Part shown: in pieces, positions 1-12,640 of the stretch
Layout: every line of letters begins with the position of its first letter
How positions within the stretch are numbered: the first letter of the stretch is position 1
Source: Felis catus
Lineage: Eukaryota
NCBI RefSeq assembly: GCF_018350175.1
Contig: NC_058368.1
Coordinates: forward strand, 134,542,001 to 134,606,000
DNA length: 64,000 nucleotides
Reading direction: 5' to 3'
Notes under the pieces: generated by a model
What the model saw: the letters and a program-made list of their open reading frames with translations, nothing else
Told to the model about the DNA's origin: nothing
The model's database searches: none
Made by a program: the position numbers and the translations under genes

Positions 1-40
1 CGGCCCCGGATCTTCTTTCTCCCTCTTAGCTTCTCTAATA

Positions 41-1320
41 TAGACAGTGCTTGCTCTCTGCAGAGTCCCCCTAGGCCTGGATTTTAGCTACCACAGTTTA
101 GTTAAATGCATCAATCCCCTAACAACGCAAATTTTACTTACCCTGGTATATTAACTGTGAGTAATCACAACAAAGATATACTTCATTCCTAGCCCTTTAG
201 TCTGCATGTTACTATGTAAGCAACAGATGTACATCATGATCAGTGACCAATCATGTCGTTTATTTCCAGAACCCCCTGGATGATTACTGTGCATCTGTTA
301 TTCAGTCCACACACACAAATAGCAAAATACGTGGTGGTGCTGGCTCCCTGTTTCCCAGGGGTAAACCCACGTAACATTTTACGAAAACAGGTCTGGGAAA
401 GAGGGAACTGGCCAGTAAAGATGAAAAGGCAACAAAGAAACAAAACTTGGTACCTCTAGCAGTGAAATTCAAATGAAATATAAATGGAGTTAAGGAAGAA
501 ATAGCTGACCATTGAGGAACATTGGCATTGCTGTCCTTTGAGGGACTGTGGATATGTGGCCAGACGAAGTTAATGAGACAAGCTTACCAACACAAATGAG
601 AAAAGTGTATTTGGCTTAAAGAATAAAGATGTCCCAGAGGAAGGGACCCTGGCAAGACACTTCACAGTAAAGAATTTTAGGAGATTTTTTTTTATGACAT
701 TGGAAGTTGAGAGCTGATCCAGACTCAGGAAGGAGTATGACAATTTGCCAAGGCACAGAAAAGATGCTTGCTCAGGAGAATAAATTATAGGACCAAAAGA
801 AGCGAGCACTGTTCGAATCATTCTTAGGTTTTTCAAAAATAGAAAAGACCTCATACCTCCATATTTCTAATGCCTTACATTATACTTTAGTAAATAAATA
901 TTTTACTCCACTTTTCATTTCCTTACATATTTGTAACAGACAAGAGGTTTTTTTTTATTTTTTTTTAACGTTTATTTATTTTTGAGACAGAGAGAGACAG
1001 AGCATGAACGGGGGAGGGTCAGAGAGAGGGAGACACAGAATCCGAAGCAGGCTCCAGGCTCTGAGTGGTCAGCACAGAGCCCGACGCGGGGCTCGAACTC
1101 ACAAACCGTGAGATCATGACCTGAGCCGAAGTCGGACGCCCAACCGACTGAACCACCCAGGCGCCCCCAGATAAGAGTTTTTAATACTTTAATGAAGATT
1201 TCTAAAGTTCATAGCACAATTACAATTTTTCTCATTGATTATTGACATTTTTCTGCATGGTTGCGGCTCGCGTCATTATTTTTGTAATCCCCGACTACCA
1301 CACAGAGCAAACACTGCTTG
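41..1320 (+). mobile_element. Tigger13a-like non-autonomous TcMar-Tigger DNA transposon, full length, interrupted by a CanSINE
   Basis: Imperfect terminal inverted repeats (tagacagtgcttgctctctg at 41 and cacagagcaaacactgcttg ending 1320), each flanked by TA. Internal sequence resembles the remembered Tigger13a consensus (gatgtcccagaggaag...gagtatgacaatttgccaaggcacagaaaagatgc). Confidence 0.85.
948..1167 (-). mobile_element. Felid CanSINE (tRNA-derived SINE)
   Basis: Reverse complement of the GGGGCGCCTGGGTGG head, CT-rich body and A-tail; TSD caga(c/t)aagag. Confidence 0.95.
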
Positions 1321-1479
1321 TATCCGGTTCATAATTCTTTGTAGTAAATTCTGTCTATGTAAGGTGTGGATTCTGTTCTTTGACTGCTGGACAGATATAC
1401 CAGCCTATTAGAAATCCTTCTGTCTCCTGACATTTTCCTGCCTTTTCACTGTGAGTTAGTAGGAAAGAGCCGTGGATGA

Positions 1480-1640
1480 AAAGACATGTTGAAACCTAAG
1501 TTCTATTGGTTTCCTGCACATAAGTCATTTATCCTCTCTGAATTCCCATTGCCTCACATAAAAATAAAATAGACAATAAAATCAGATACCATAAAATTTG
1601 TTGTGAGAATCCAATGACACATATGGGTGAAAGGTACATA
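1480..1640 (+). mobile_element. MIR fragment
   Basis: Degenerate MIR core (aagtcatttatcctctctga...ttgttgtgagaatccaatga). Confidence 0.6.
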
Positions 1641-1657
1641 TATTATTAGTAAGGTAC

Positions 1658-2160
1658 TGAGGTAGGCTGATAATTTCCAAAAAATGTCCGTATCTTAATC
1701 CCCAGAACCTGTGCTTATAACTGTACATGGCACAGGGGACTTTACAGATGTGAGTAGCTAAGGATATCAAGATGGGAAGATTATTCTGAATTATCTGGGT
1801 GGGTCTTAGATAGAATCATAAATGTTTCTACAAGAAGGCTAAGTAGAAGGATTTGACTATAAAAGAGGAGAAGATGATCTAACACAGGAAGCAGACCCTG
1901 GAGCGATGTGCTTTGAAGACAGAAAAAGTGGCCACAGGCCAAGAAATACAAATGACCACTAACGGCTGAAAAAAGCAAGGGAATAGAGTCTTCCCCAAAA
2001 CCTCTGGAATGAACCAGCCCTGCTGACACCATAGCTTTGGCTCAGTGAAATTCATTTTGGAATTGTGGCCTCTAGACCTGTCAGAGAAAAAAAAAATTAT
2101 CTTGTTTTAAGCAACCGAACAGGTGATAATTTGTTATAGCAGCAATAGGAAACTAATACA
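1658..2160 (+). mobile_element. MLT1 (MLT1D-like) ERVL-MaLR solo LTR
   Basis: About 500 bp, TG...CA termini, with the typical 3' end atttgttatagcagcaataggaaactaataca. Confidence 0.85.
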
Positions 2161-3323
2161 TCTACAAGCACAGAATCACCTTTGCCCTCAGTGAAACTGC
2201 TAACATAGCCCTTTCTCACTTAGGGTTTTCCTTGGCTTCCTCCTTATCAGAATTGAGCCCCTTAGGAAGCATTGGGGGTGCTAAGTTGGAGGAAGAAAGA
2301 CAGCTATGCTTGTTCCTCGTTTGTCAAGTAGAAGCAAGGAAGGCAAAATCCTGTCTTCTGCATACATCCATCTAACCTCCACATCATGCTGTGTCCGAAT
2401 CTAGCCTCCTGGATTCTCCCCAGTGGAGAGAAATGTTTTCTTTTTGTACATCTTTTGCCAGAAAGATGAAAGTAAACCATTTGAGCCTTTCTTCTTGGAT
2501 TCCATTTCAATGTATTATGCATAGTGAGAAAAGCCCTTGGGCCTGCCCTCCCGAGTAACTCGATGAGAACCGTCTCCGGAGAAAAGAGTGTTCTGACAAG
2601 TCGTATGTGGGCTGAGCTTTGGGATCCATAATACGGCAAGCTTGCTAAGTAGCTGGATTGGCACGCATGCATCACCGGTACTGAACGGGTGGTATATTCG
2701 CCTCAGTGGCCCACAGAATGTCAACTCCTGCCTTTGTCCCAAGTTTTGATCTCTGCCGTGTAGTCACCTGCTTGTTGTCATTGTTGATAGACATAGAAAT
2801 GTTTTAAAGAACAAAAACAAATGTCAGTGATGCTCTAGTAGGTATATCATTGCCCACCTAGTTATGTCCAGAACTGGGAACCAGCCAGTACATTGCCTAC
2901 TGTCTTTACAGGAGGAATCTAGTATTATGGGGATAAGTTCTAACATGTGTGATTTTCAATAGGATGCAAATCATGCTTGCTTCTAGATAGATTGGTTCAA
3001 GCTATAAGGGAAGTTTCTCTAGCATTACCCTTACTTGTCATGCCTTGATGGCCTCACTTGGTCCCCAGTTTTGTTAGCTTGGGTGTGTCTCAGTGGAGGG
3101 CTATGAAAGGCAATATGCTAAAGGGAATGGCCAAAAGTCTTGGTGTTAATGCTCCCTAGAATATTCCCTAAGAGAGCTTAGCAAAATCCAATCTTAAAGT
3201 TATCATAGGTGCAAGTGGAGGGACAGGCTGACATTTTATGTTCCTCACGCGAACATACGCATACACAAGGTCATACGCAACGTCACCTTACCTTAGTATT
3301 TTTGCTTAAAATATCTAAAAGTA

Positions 3324-3511
3324 GGGGTACCTGTGTGGCTCGGTTGGTCAAGCGTCCGACTTCAGGTCATGATCTCACGGTTCCTGGGTTCAAGCCCCTT
3401 TTTAGGCTCTCTGCTCTTGGAGTGGAGCCTGCTTTGGATCCTCTGTTGCCCCTCTCTCTCTGCCCCTCCCCCACTTGCATGCAGTCTGTCTCAAAAATAA
3501 TCATTTTTTTA
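3324..3511 (+). mobile_element. Felid CanSINE
   Basis: SINE head, body and tail; TSD aaaat(a/g)t(c/t)taaaagta. Confidence 0.93.
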
Positions 3512-3549
3512 AAAATGTTTAAAAGTAGTATAATTATGAGGAGTCAATA

Positions 3550-4120
3550 AAATAAATACAGAATATGTGGCAGTCTGCAAGACAGTCGTTGGACTCTTCA
3601 CAAAAGTCAGTGTCATGAAAAGGAAAAAAGGCAGGAGTACATAGAGATTTTCTAGGTTAAAAGAGACTAAAGAAATATAACCAAATATGGTGTATTTGGA
3701 TCCTAGGTTTAAAACAAACAAACGAACAAATGTGCTATAAACGTGCTACCTCGGGGATGATAACTTGATTAGATCCTGAGTTTAAAACAAACTAACAAAA
3801 GCAAGCAAACTTGCCATAAAATCTATCTTGGGGATGATTGGCGGAATTTAAATGTAGACAGCACCTTAAATAATGTAGAATAAATGTGAATTTACTGGGT
3901 GAGATAGAAAATTGTTCATATTCCTAGGATACATAAACTGAAATGTTTAGCAGTGAGGTATAATATCAGCTCTTTTCTTTCATACACCTTCAGTAATTAA
4001 ATATAATTTAATAAAAAAGTAGCTCAAAATGTTAACAACTGCAGAATCTTGGTAAAGAGTGCATGAGTGTTCATTGCACTATTTCTCAACTTTTCTATAG
4101 ATGTGATATTTTTTAAATAA
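3550..4120 (+). mobile_element. Old L1M (L1MC/L1ME-type) 3' end fragment
   Basis: Typical L1M 3'UTR motifs (gagtgttcattgcactatttctcaacttttctatag). Confidence 0.7.
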
Positions 4121-4450
4121 TTAGGAGTTTAAATGGTCTTAAGTTATCAAAAATATTCCAGGAACTGTAGCAATTTACTTCTTTATTCTTTGAACATCTA
4201 GACACAATTTTAAAATTATATTTCAAGTCCTCTTGTCTACCAGTTTTCAATAAGATAATAGTAGTGAAAATAGTGAAAATAGCCCTGATTGTACCTTACA
4301 ATGCATAGCTCTCTAGTGTTCAGAAGATGTTAATGAATGTAACTTGGCCACTTAAGACAAAGATCTTCATTATAGACAAAAACCAGTTGCCCAGCAAACC
4401 CAGTTCTTGTCCCCTCTCTTCACTTGGCTTTGGTGATGCCTGGTTTTCTT

Positions 4451-4505
4451 TTCTTTTCTTCTTCTTTTTTTTTTTTTTGATTTTTACATTTTATTTATTT
4501 TTGAT

Positions 4506-4567
<62 letters not shown>

Positions 4568-4733
4568 CACAAGTTGGGGAGGGACAGAGAGAGAAGGAGA
4601 CACAGAATCTGAAGCAGGCTCCAGGCTCCGAGCTGTCAGCATAGAGCCCGAGCAGGGTTCCAACTCACAAACCGCGAGATCATGACCTGAGCTGAAGTCG
4701 GACGCTTAGCCAACTGAGCCACCCAGGTGCCCC
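4451..4733 (-). mobile_element. Felid CanSINE with expanded (GA)n
   Basis: Full SINE with a perfect 18-bp TSD gtgatgcctggttttctt. Confidence 0.95.
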
Positions 4734-4919
4734 AGTGATGCCTGGTTTTCTTACACAATCACTCACCCAACATGGGAGCCTAGCCCTGACACAGTATAAG
4801 CCCTGACCCTCTGATTGTGTCTGCTCCCCAAATCCTGGAATTCTTATTCACAAGTATACCATGGATTATGTTTGACTGGGTTGGTGGGGAGGATTTTAGC
4901 TGCTTAAAGGAGACTGCTG

Positions 4920-5075
4920 AGTGGCTAAGTGTCTGACTTTGGCTCAGGTCATGATCTCACAGTTCATGGGTTTGAGCCCCGTGTCAGGCTCTGTGCTGAC
5001 AGCACAGAGCCTGAAGCCTGCTTCGAATTCTGTGTCTCCCTTGCTCTCTGCCTCTTCCCTGCTCACGCTGTCTGA

Positions 5076-5117
<42 letters not shown>

Positions 5118-5141
5118 AATAAAATAAACATTAAAGAAAAT
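4920..5141 (+). mobile_element. Felid CanSINE, 5'-truncated
   Basis: Body, (CT)n and tail present; TSD aaaggagactgctg. Confidence 0.93.
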
Positions 5142-6029
5142 TTAAAAGGAGACTGCTGTCCCAAACTAATTAACAGTGGATGTGTTTTCCATCAGCAAAA
5201 ATATGGTTAGTGAGTACTGCATAGATTGCAAAATTGTTGATCTTCGGGGACCTGAAAAGGCAGGAAAAGAAAAGAACTTAAAAAAAAAAGTAATAAGCAC
5301 TTTTCAGGACCTTTTTGTTATGATTATTGGGGAAATTCAACATCCACATTCCAGGACTTCGAAATCCTAGAGTATATAGAACTCCTTAAAGTCAGAGAGA
5401 ATTTGATAATTGCATAGCTCCGGGAGATATAGACGAAGGTTACTGCAAAGGAATATCTTGTATTGAACTGGACAGTGACAGAGGCATGGTTTGCTAACAG
5501 CAGGCCTTCGGACCACACATGCATAGTAGGGGTATTGTTTTCATAGAGACCAAAAAAGCAAGCAAGAAATAGGAAGGCCCTCAGTCCTCAGGCTTGCCAT
5601 AACAACTCTTAAGTGAAGTTGTGTGGAGAAGTCCTATACTGTGTACCTACTAACTAACTGAAAACACACACGCACACACAGACACGAACACAGTTCACTA
5701 CATTGTTAATTAGGTAATAATCACCAAGGCGAGGTATAACACCCATACAACACTTATAGATCAGTCCGAGAGCCTGGCAAGTCCATAGAAGGTTAAATTG
5801 TAGACTGACCTGAGATCTGAAATATCCATGGGCAATATGGTGTAGACTAAGAACTATCACATTCAACACTGTTACATCCCTGCAGGAACTTGCTACCAAT
5901 CATAGGAATTTCGTAGTCAGCCTCAACCCCCACCGTGAAAGTGAACAGACCCACTTGCCCTTAGAGAAAGCCTTGTCTGGGTAGCAGAGGCTTCAGTTTT
6001 ACTAGAGAGGAACCTAAGGAGACTGGGAA

Positions 6030-6270
6030 AATATTAATAATATTTATTGAGGATTTACCAGGAAACAGACCCTGTGCTAAGAGATTTCTCTGCAGACCTC
6101 CTCTAACCCTTACAACAACCCAGCGAGGCAGGCACTCTGATTTTATTTATTTTGCAGGCAGATGGCTGAGGATTCAAGAAATCAGGCCACTTGCTCAAGT
6201 TCACACGGACAGCAAGTAGCAAAGCCAGGACTGAAACCTGCTTAATGTGCTTTCAGAACCTGTGCTTTTA
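6030..6270 (-). mobile_element. MIR
   Basis: Antisense MIR motifs (atttattgagg...cttacaacaaccc...cttgctcaagttcacac). Confidence 0.75.
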
Positions 6271-6388
6271 AACATTCCTGCTGACTCTTTCAAGCAGGAG
6301 ACAGAAGCATAGTAATTCTGTAACAGAGGACAACCCCTTTCACACAGTTCTTCGGACTTTATGAAATGCTTTGAAAATCGTATTTCCA

Positions 6389-6577
6389 TTTTTTTAAGTT
6401 TATACATTTACTTTGAGGAAGGGGGAGGGGCAGAGAGAGAGGGAGAGAAAGAATCCCAAGCAGGCTTTGCATTGTCAGCTCAGAGCCCGACGTGGGGCTC
6501 TAACTCATGAATCTTGAGATCACGACCTGAGCCAAAACCAGGAGTCGGACTCTTAGCTGCCTGAACCACCCAGGCTC
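6389..6577 (-). mobile_element. CanSINE (older subfamily)
   Basis: agaatcccaagcaggct...cccgacgtggggctc...gaaccacccagg. Confidence 0.9.
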
Positions 6578-7699
6578 ATATTTCAGATGACCATCACAAG
6601 AATGCCAAGAATGCCATGGAGTTGTCTGTGTCTGTAAAAAGTGGAACCTCACCGTGGGCAGGACTGTCTGAGCCCAAGAGCAGTTCTGGGGCATCCCACG
6701 CCAGTGTCCCCTGTGTCCCCACCCTGTGGGTGGCACCAGCTCCTTTTGCACAGTTGCACAGTTCTTTACGAGTGCTGCATTCTCTCCTTAGCCTTATCCC
6801 CCAGAAATACAAGTACAAATGGAGGACCGGCTGCTTCTCTCAAAGCTGCCTTATTCGCCATCTATGTCAGACTTGACCCTGCCCTGAAGCTATGCGCTGC
6901 ACGGTTTTTTCTGATCATCTTCCTTCTTTCCATTGATCCTGTTGGTGACTTCAGTTAAACAGGAGCATTGGCTCTCTGATTTCAGGAAATCTCTCTCTCT
7001 CCTTCAGCATTTATCAGCCCCCATTCCCTAATTAGAAGAGGGTAGGCGGGAAAACATCCACAAAGCCTGTAGTGCAATACAAATTATCTGCGCCTTTCAG
7101 ATGTTTGTTTTGCCAATTACCTGCCAACAACGCGATCTCTTTTGTGCTTGGCAGAAGGTTTTTGACTCCACTTTTGCAGCCAGAATTGCTTGATAAGGTT
7201 GCTAGAGGTTAGCAGAACCAGGGAGACTGGCCTTTTCCAAAACTGCATGGCTTTGGGGCAGCTGTGGCAGAAATCGAGTGAAGGACTCAAGGGAAGGAGA
7301 CCCAGTGTGGTCACAAAGAGTGAGAAAGAGAAATTTTACTGCAGTGTTTACCAGCTAGACGCATCTGGAAGGATGTCAGAATTTACTACGGAACTAACTA
7401 GTGGGGACAAGGTGATAACTGAATTGTGTTTATGGGTTGCGGGTGGGTAACAATGAATGAATGGGTATCTGAACAATGCAGGGACAAACATCAGTTAATC
7501 ACTGATAATGATGTGTGCTTTCATGTGCATGGATTCTCCCCATGGGTCCATGAGATCATAAATTATTTCAGTTTTATAGATGCGGAAACTGAGGTTCTAA
7601 ATGGTTGAGATTCTTGCCCAAGATGATCTGGCCAGAACCTGGAGACTTTGTGAATATGAATTTCTATTGCTTTGCGTTGTTTAAAAATGTACCTGGGAT

Positions 7700-8190
7700 T
7701 TGGTTTTTATTTCGGTCTGGTGAGGTTAACAGATTAGGAGATAATTACCATTGAAAAGATGGGGTCTGCCATAGTTCCCAAGAGGAAGGGGCATGTCATG
7801 CCACCCAGGCCCAGTGAGGAAACACCAGGTTTGGTTAGAAACGGAAGGAAGGGAAAGCATGGATACAATGCTTCATTGTGGTGGTTGTCGTAAGGGATGG
7901 GTGCAGCAGGGTAAGCCCCTGAGCAGGTTTAAGATTGGATAGTTTGAATAATTTTGGAGCCTCTGGGCTATTGGTGGTCTCCAGCTGTGTGGTACTGAAC
8001 CCCAGGGTGACTGAAAGCAGAGAGATCACATCCTGGATTGCAGGAAGCAGGTGGGTGGGTGGTTTGTATATGAAAGGTACGTGCACTGGGTGGGCAAATT
8101 GTTCTCTCTAGGAATTAGCTAACCTTGAGAGGGGAGGTCCCTTCCCAGGTCCCCAGGGCGTAAAATATCAAATAATTATAAAACATAGAA
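7700..8190 (-). mobile_element. ERVL LTR (MER54/MER73/MER74 group)
   Basis: Resembles the remembered consensus (tgaggttaacagattaggag...ccattgaaaagat...gattggatagtttgaataattt). Confidence 0.65.
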
Positions 8191-8729
8191 AATAAAGGTA
8201 GGAAAAAAAGAAAGAAAGAAAGAAAATAAAGGTAGAATTTATCGTTTCTGTATCTGGGATTAGGAGTGCCAAACAACTTAAATTCTGGAAGTCTAGGTGG
8301 TGTTCTTCTGAAATTCAGTTAAAAACTGACCTGAAACTCTAGGCATTTTTAAATATCTCAAATGTCGTGTGTGTGTGCGCGCACACGCGCGTGTGTCTGT
8401 TGGGTTCATTCCAAAGCAAAAACCTGTATCCCTGGCTGTGGTCTTGCTACCTCTCCATTTCTACGGAAACATCTCCCCTCTCTAGGAGGTAACCTCCTAA
8501 CGTGCATTGCAGTTGCCTGTTGATGTGGCCACTATACGGCCTGTGTGTTACCTGGGTGCCCAGTTTCCTCTGAAACTTCAGAGGCCACGATTATTTATGA
8601 ACACAAGGTGTCTTATCCTTGCCTTCTCCATTTTTGGATGCATCACTGTCAGTAGGCAGAAACCTCCTCTTTGGTGTTCCTGCGTGCCTATTACCAAATA
8701 ACCATCATGCTAACACTAATGAAAATATC

Positions 8730-8900
8730 TGGGTTGTCTTGAGCATTTACTCTGTGCCTGGCAGGATGCTAATTACTTTATATTCATTTGTGATCTCATG
8801 CTTGCAACAACCCTGTGAGATAAATATTATTAGTCCTAGCTTTGAGATGAGGAAATCAGAGCAGGAGAAAGGTAAAGAAATCACTGAAACTAGTAGGACT
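8730..8900 (-). mobile_element. MIR
   Basis: ttgagcatttactctgtgcctggca...gagatgaggaaatcagag. Confidence 0.7.
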
Positions 8901-9663
8901 GTACCTAATTCATTCCCAGCTGCAACTCTAGCTCTATCTGATATCAATATCAAAGCTTTTCACCATTGGTTCTATTGCCTTTTCAATCTTCGGTGTACAT
9001 TTTTCTGGTAGGTTAAGGTACCGCCTATTTATATCTGCGAGGGCCATAGTTTCCCTGATAGTAGTGCCTCAACAAATCCCCAAACCAAGTATGCTTTTTA
9101 TTGGTGGTGTAGAATTCAGGGACAGAACCTTGGGCTCTAAGAATGCGAAGGGAAAGGACTGTTCTAGTCTGGGTGGAAAGGAATTGAGATGATAGCCTTA
9201 GAGGAATATCAAACAAAGAGGATTGGAGTTTATCATGGAGTCCCAAAACAGGGATTCAGTTACCACAAATGAGGGCCATGGTGGAGCTTGGGAGTGGAAG
9301 AACAAAGGGGAAGGTCAGCAGCGAAGGCTGGTGTGAGGCCAGCGCCAGGCCAGCTGTTGGTCCAGAGGGAGGCAGAGACTGAAAGCTCCTCTGGCCTTGT
9401 TAGAAATCTGGAATGTTCCTGGGTCCTGGCTGGGACTTAAGTATTCCAACTTAAGAGTGTAGGGTAAGCAGAGGTCTAGAGTCAGGGAGACCTCCAGAAT
9501 ATGCACTGCAAATACTTGGTCGCTTGTCTTAATATTCTGCCATTAGGGTACCACTAACATCAGAATGCCAGAGCTCAGCACTGTGTGTGGAAATAGAAGG
9601 GGGACTCTTGTGTTTGTGCTTTAAAGGATGAGTATTGAAAGATGATGCCATATATGTGCATTC

Positions 9664-9871
9664 TTTTTTTTTAATGTTTATTTTGGGGAGACAGAGAGAC
9701 AGAATGCAAGCAGGGGAGGGGCAGAGAGAGAAGGAAAAACAGAATCTGAAGCAGGCTCCAGGCTCCAAGCTGTCAGCACAGAGCCCAATGTGGAGCTCGA
9801 ACCCACAAAGCGCAGGATCATGACCTGGGCTGAAGTTGGACGCTTAACCAGCTGAGCCACCCAGGTGCTCC
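9664..9871 (-). mobile_element. Felid CanSINE
   Basis: Full SINE; TSD ta(t/c)atgtg(c/t)attctt. Confidence 0.93.
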
Positions 9872-10289
9872 GGTACATGTGTATTCTTAAACAAATTCCC
9901 TGCTTTGCTTGAATTTCCCCCCATTGCAACCATTTCTTTGGAGCGAGGCACTTTTTCTGACATCTTAAAATGATATACTTACTTGGCAGGAGTGAGAGGT
10001 CAACCTGTTGGCACCCATTTTGATGATCCATGAGCTCTGTGAAAGGGTATAACAGTGGGGAGTTGGGGTTAGCCTCCCTCCCAGAGATAGGGACCCAAGG
10101 ACACAATTAAACCACAGTGCAGTAAACTTTGTTGAGAATGCCATGCTACAGTACCACCAGCTAAGGCCCAGGAAGGCTGCCACCAGTGGAAATGTCAGTG
10201 ACCGGGGAGGGTGGATGGGTGCAAGGAAAAGATGGCCACCCATTGCATACCTTTCACGCGTTCATCATGTTACATTTCCCATCTCTTGT

Positions 10290-10450
10290 TTAGATTGCAA
10301 AGTAGGTATCCTAGTCCCTTCTGTTAGTTTTGAAGAAATTGAGGCTCAGCAAGTTAAAATAATGATCCAAGGCCCCAGCTGATTGGTGGTGGAGCTAGAA
10401 TGAAAACCCAGATCTGTCTGATCCCAAAGCCCATGTTCTTTTCCACTGTG
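10290..10450 (-). mobile_element. MIR fragment
   Basis: gaagaaattgaggctcagcaagttaa...acccagatctgtctga. Confidence 0.65.
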
Positions 10451-12449
10451 GCCCAGTGTAGGAAATGCTAAAGGTAAACTTGTCTTTCCAGATTTTCCCT
10501 GGAGCCTTCCCCCATGACAACCAGAATTGAGATCTGTCTGCAAAGTGGGTCTTTTGCCGTATGCCGTGTTCCCAGGCTCTGCCTCCAGTCACTGTGGACA
10601 ATCGGGTTACTTGATAGCACTCCACAGGGGCCAACACTCAGTTCGCTATTTTGGAATGCCAAATGCTTTCCTTCATTTTCCAATTGCTTTTCTGTTTAAA
10701 AAGCAACATGAAAAGCTTTTTAAGCTTCAAAAATGACCGCAGGGAGACTCGTACATGCCATGTTGGACCGTGACTATTGAGAAACAAATGTCTGTTTTTA
10801 TTTTTAAATGTTCCTTCAACTCACGAAGACGTTTAAGAAACAGGAATGAAGCTTTTAAAACATCCTACTTCTCCCTGGAGTGATCTGTTCTCTGTAGAGC
10901 AAGGGCCAAATGGTACTCACAGAGAATTACCATGGCTGGCGTCTGCAGCCCAATGGGTAGCCTCAGGATGGTGAGGGCCTTGTTAGGGTCTTCCGTTAGC
11001 ATGAATCCCCTGAGACCCTCAAACGGACTAGCATCCATCCTGGCCCACATAGTCCACATCTGTAGCCGTTTATGAAGGGCTTTACTACGTCTCCACTACT
11101 CCAGGCTTCAACCTATAGGTATGAAGAAGTTGACCTGATTAATTATGTATAGACATTGAGATGATGTTGTATTGACTTTTCCTCTGTGTCTTATATGGGG
11201 AGCCTCTGGAGGAAATGCGGCCCAGGACAAGTTTTTATGACAAATGAATCTGGGAGACACTGAAACCCAAAGCGCGGTTGTAAGGTCAAAGATCCCACTG
11301 TACTGTGGACGGGTTGAATAAGAAAATTATTCATAGTTCGAACACTGATTTTAAGTCAGGAAGCATTGTGAGGCAAGAAGAATTCCACACAAAGATTTCA
11401 AGCCAGTTCCTAACACATACTTGGTAAGCCCCAGATAGCTATTTTTGTTTTGTTTCACAGTTTAAGCAAAATCTTTTCAGCTACTTTCAAGCCTGAGAGA
11501 CTGGGAGGGATAGCATTTCCTTTGTTTACCATTAGGACGCAGAGGAACTCATGTTTTCTTCCCAGTGTAACTCGGGAGAAATGAAACTTCATTTCCAAAG
11601 TAGTCAGAAGAAAAGGTACATTCTTTGATCATGAGATTAAAGTCTCAAAGAAGAGTTGACTACTTCAAAAAATTACTTAGAGGTTCAAATGCAGCAATCC
11701 GTTTTTATAACTTCAGCTTCATCAAGGATGCCAGACTCCAGCTATCTGCCACTTTCATTTATGTCTCACTGGGTGACCTTGAACACTTCAGTGCCTCTGT
11801 TTTTTTGTTGTGTTTTTTTTTTTTTTCCTACAAATACTGGTATAACAGCTAAGCTTCAGACTGATGGATTTGACTATTTCGATGAATACCATTACTTGGC
11901 AAAACTCCTCAAATGAAAAATGTCGGTAGAACCAGAGAATTAGAAAACATATAACGAAGACCCAAGTTGGTCTGGATATTTTTGCCTATCCCACGCTTCT
12001 TTTCCATTTAACTGTTGACTTTCTCCTCTCTGATTGCCTCTTGCAGACTCTGGGAGAGCATCACGGATACCTAGGACTAGATCAGCTCAGCAGTAGTAAA
12101 TTGGAGGAAGGAGGGAGTTCTAAGCAAATGTCTCACGCAACAAAATGTCTGACTTTCACGTAAACTGACAGGGCATTCCAGAGGGACAGATTAAAGAAGC
12201 AACACGGGCAACGCTGAGGCCCAGGGTGACAAATAAGTCTCCCTTCTGCTGCCTACTCCGTTCAGTCGGTGTATAAGCCCAGAATGCTAGCTAGCTTGAG
12301 AAGGAATCTGAGGTTGCCCCATGCTGTGAGAAAGCATGCTGTGATTGATTAGTGTCTGACCTGGACATGGATGGAAGACAATGTAATAGAATATCTCAAA
12401 AATAACTCTGTCTCTCTGCAAAGACTATGCATCTTCTATGCCAGCTGCC

Positions 12450-12640
12450 CATCTGGTGACCAGCTTTGTGAGCCAGGGGAAGAACAACCCCATCTCTGGG
12501 CCCCGGGGTCCGCTTTGCACAAATGGACTTGCGCAATGCTTATTCACAGGGCTCTGTAAGGATTTTGTGAGATAACTGTATGGCAAAGTTCACAAAACTG
12601 TGCAGCTGCAGATAATACTTAATACGGTACCAGCATATAA
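12450..12640 (+). mobile_element. MIR fragment
   Basis: Degenerate core (cagggctctgtaaggattttgtgagataa). Confidence 0.55.

Noticed and set aside
4327..4644. ORF with an (ER)n repeat, and similar ERER/LSLS ORFs elsewhere
   Set aside because: Translations of the (GA)n/(CT)n tract in CanSINEs.
12047..12165. Strong plus-strand splice acceptor followed by a short open frame (TLGEHHGYLG...)
   Set aside because: Weak downstream donor, early stop and an unrecognised peptide.
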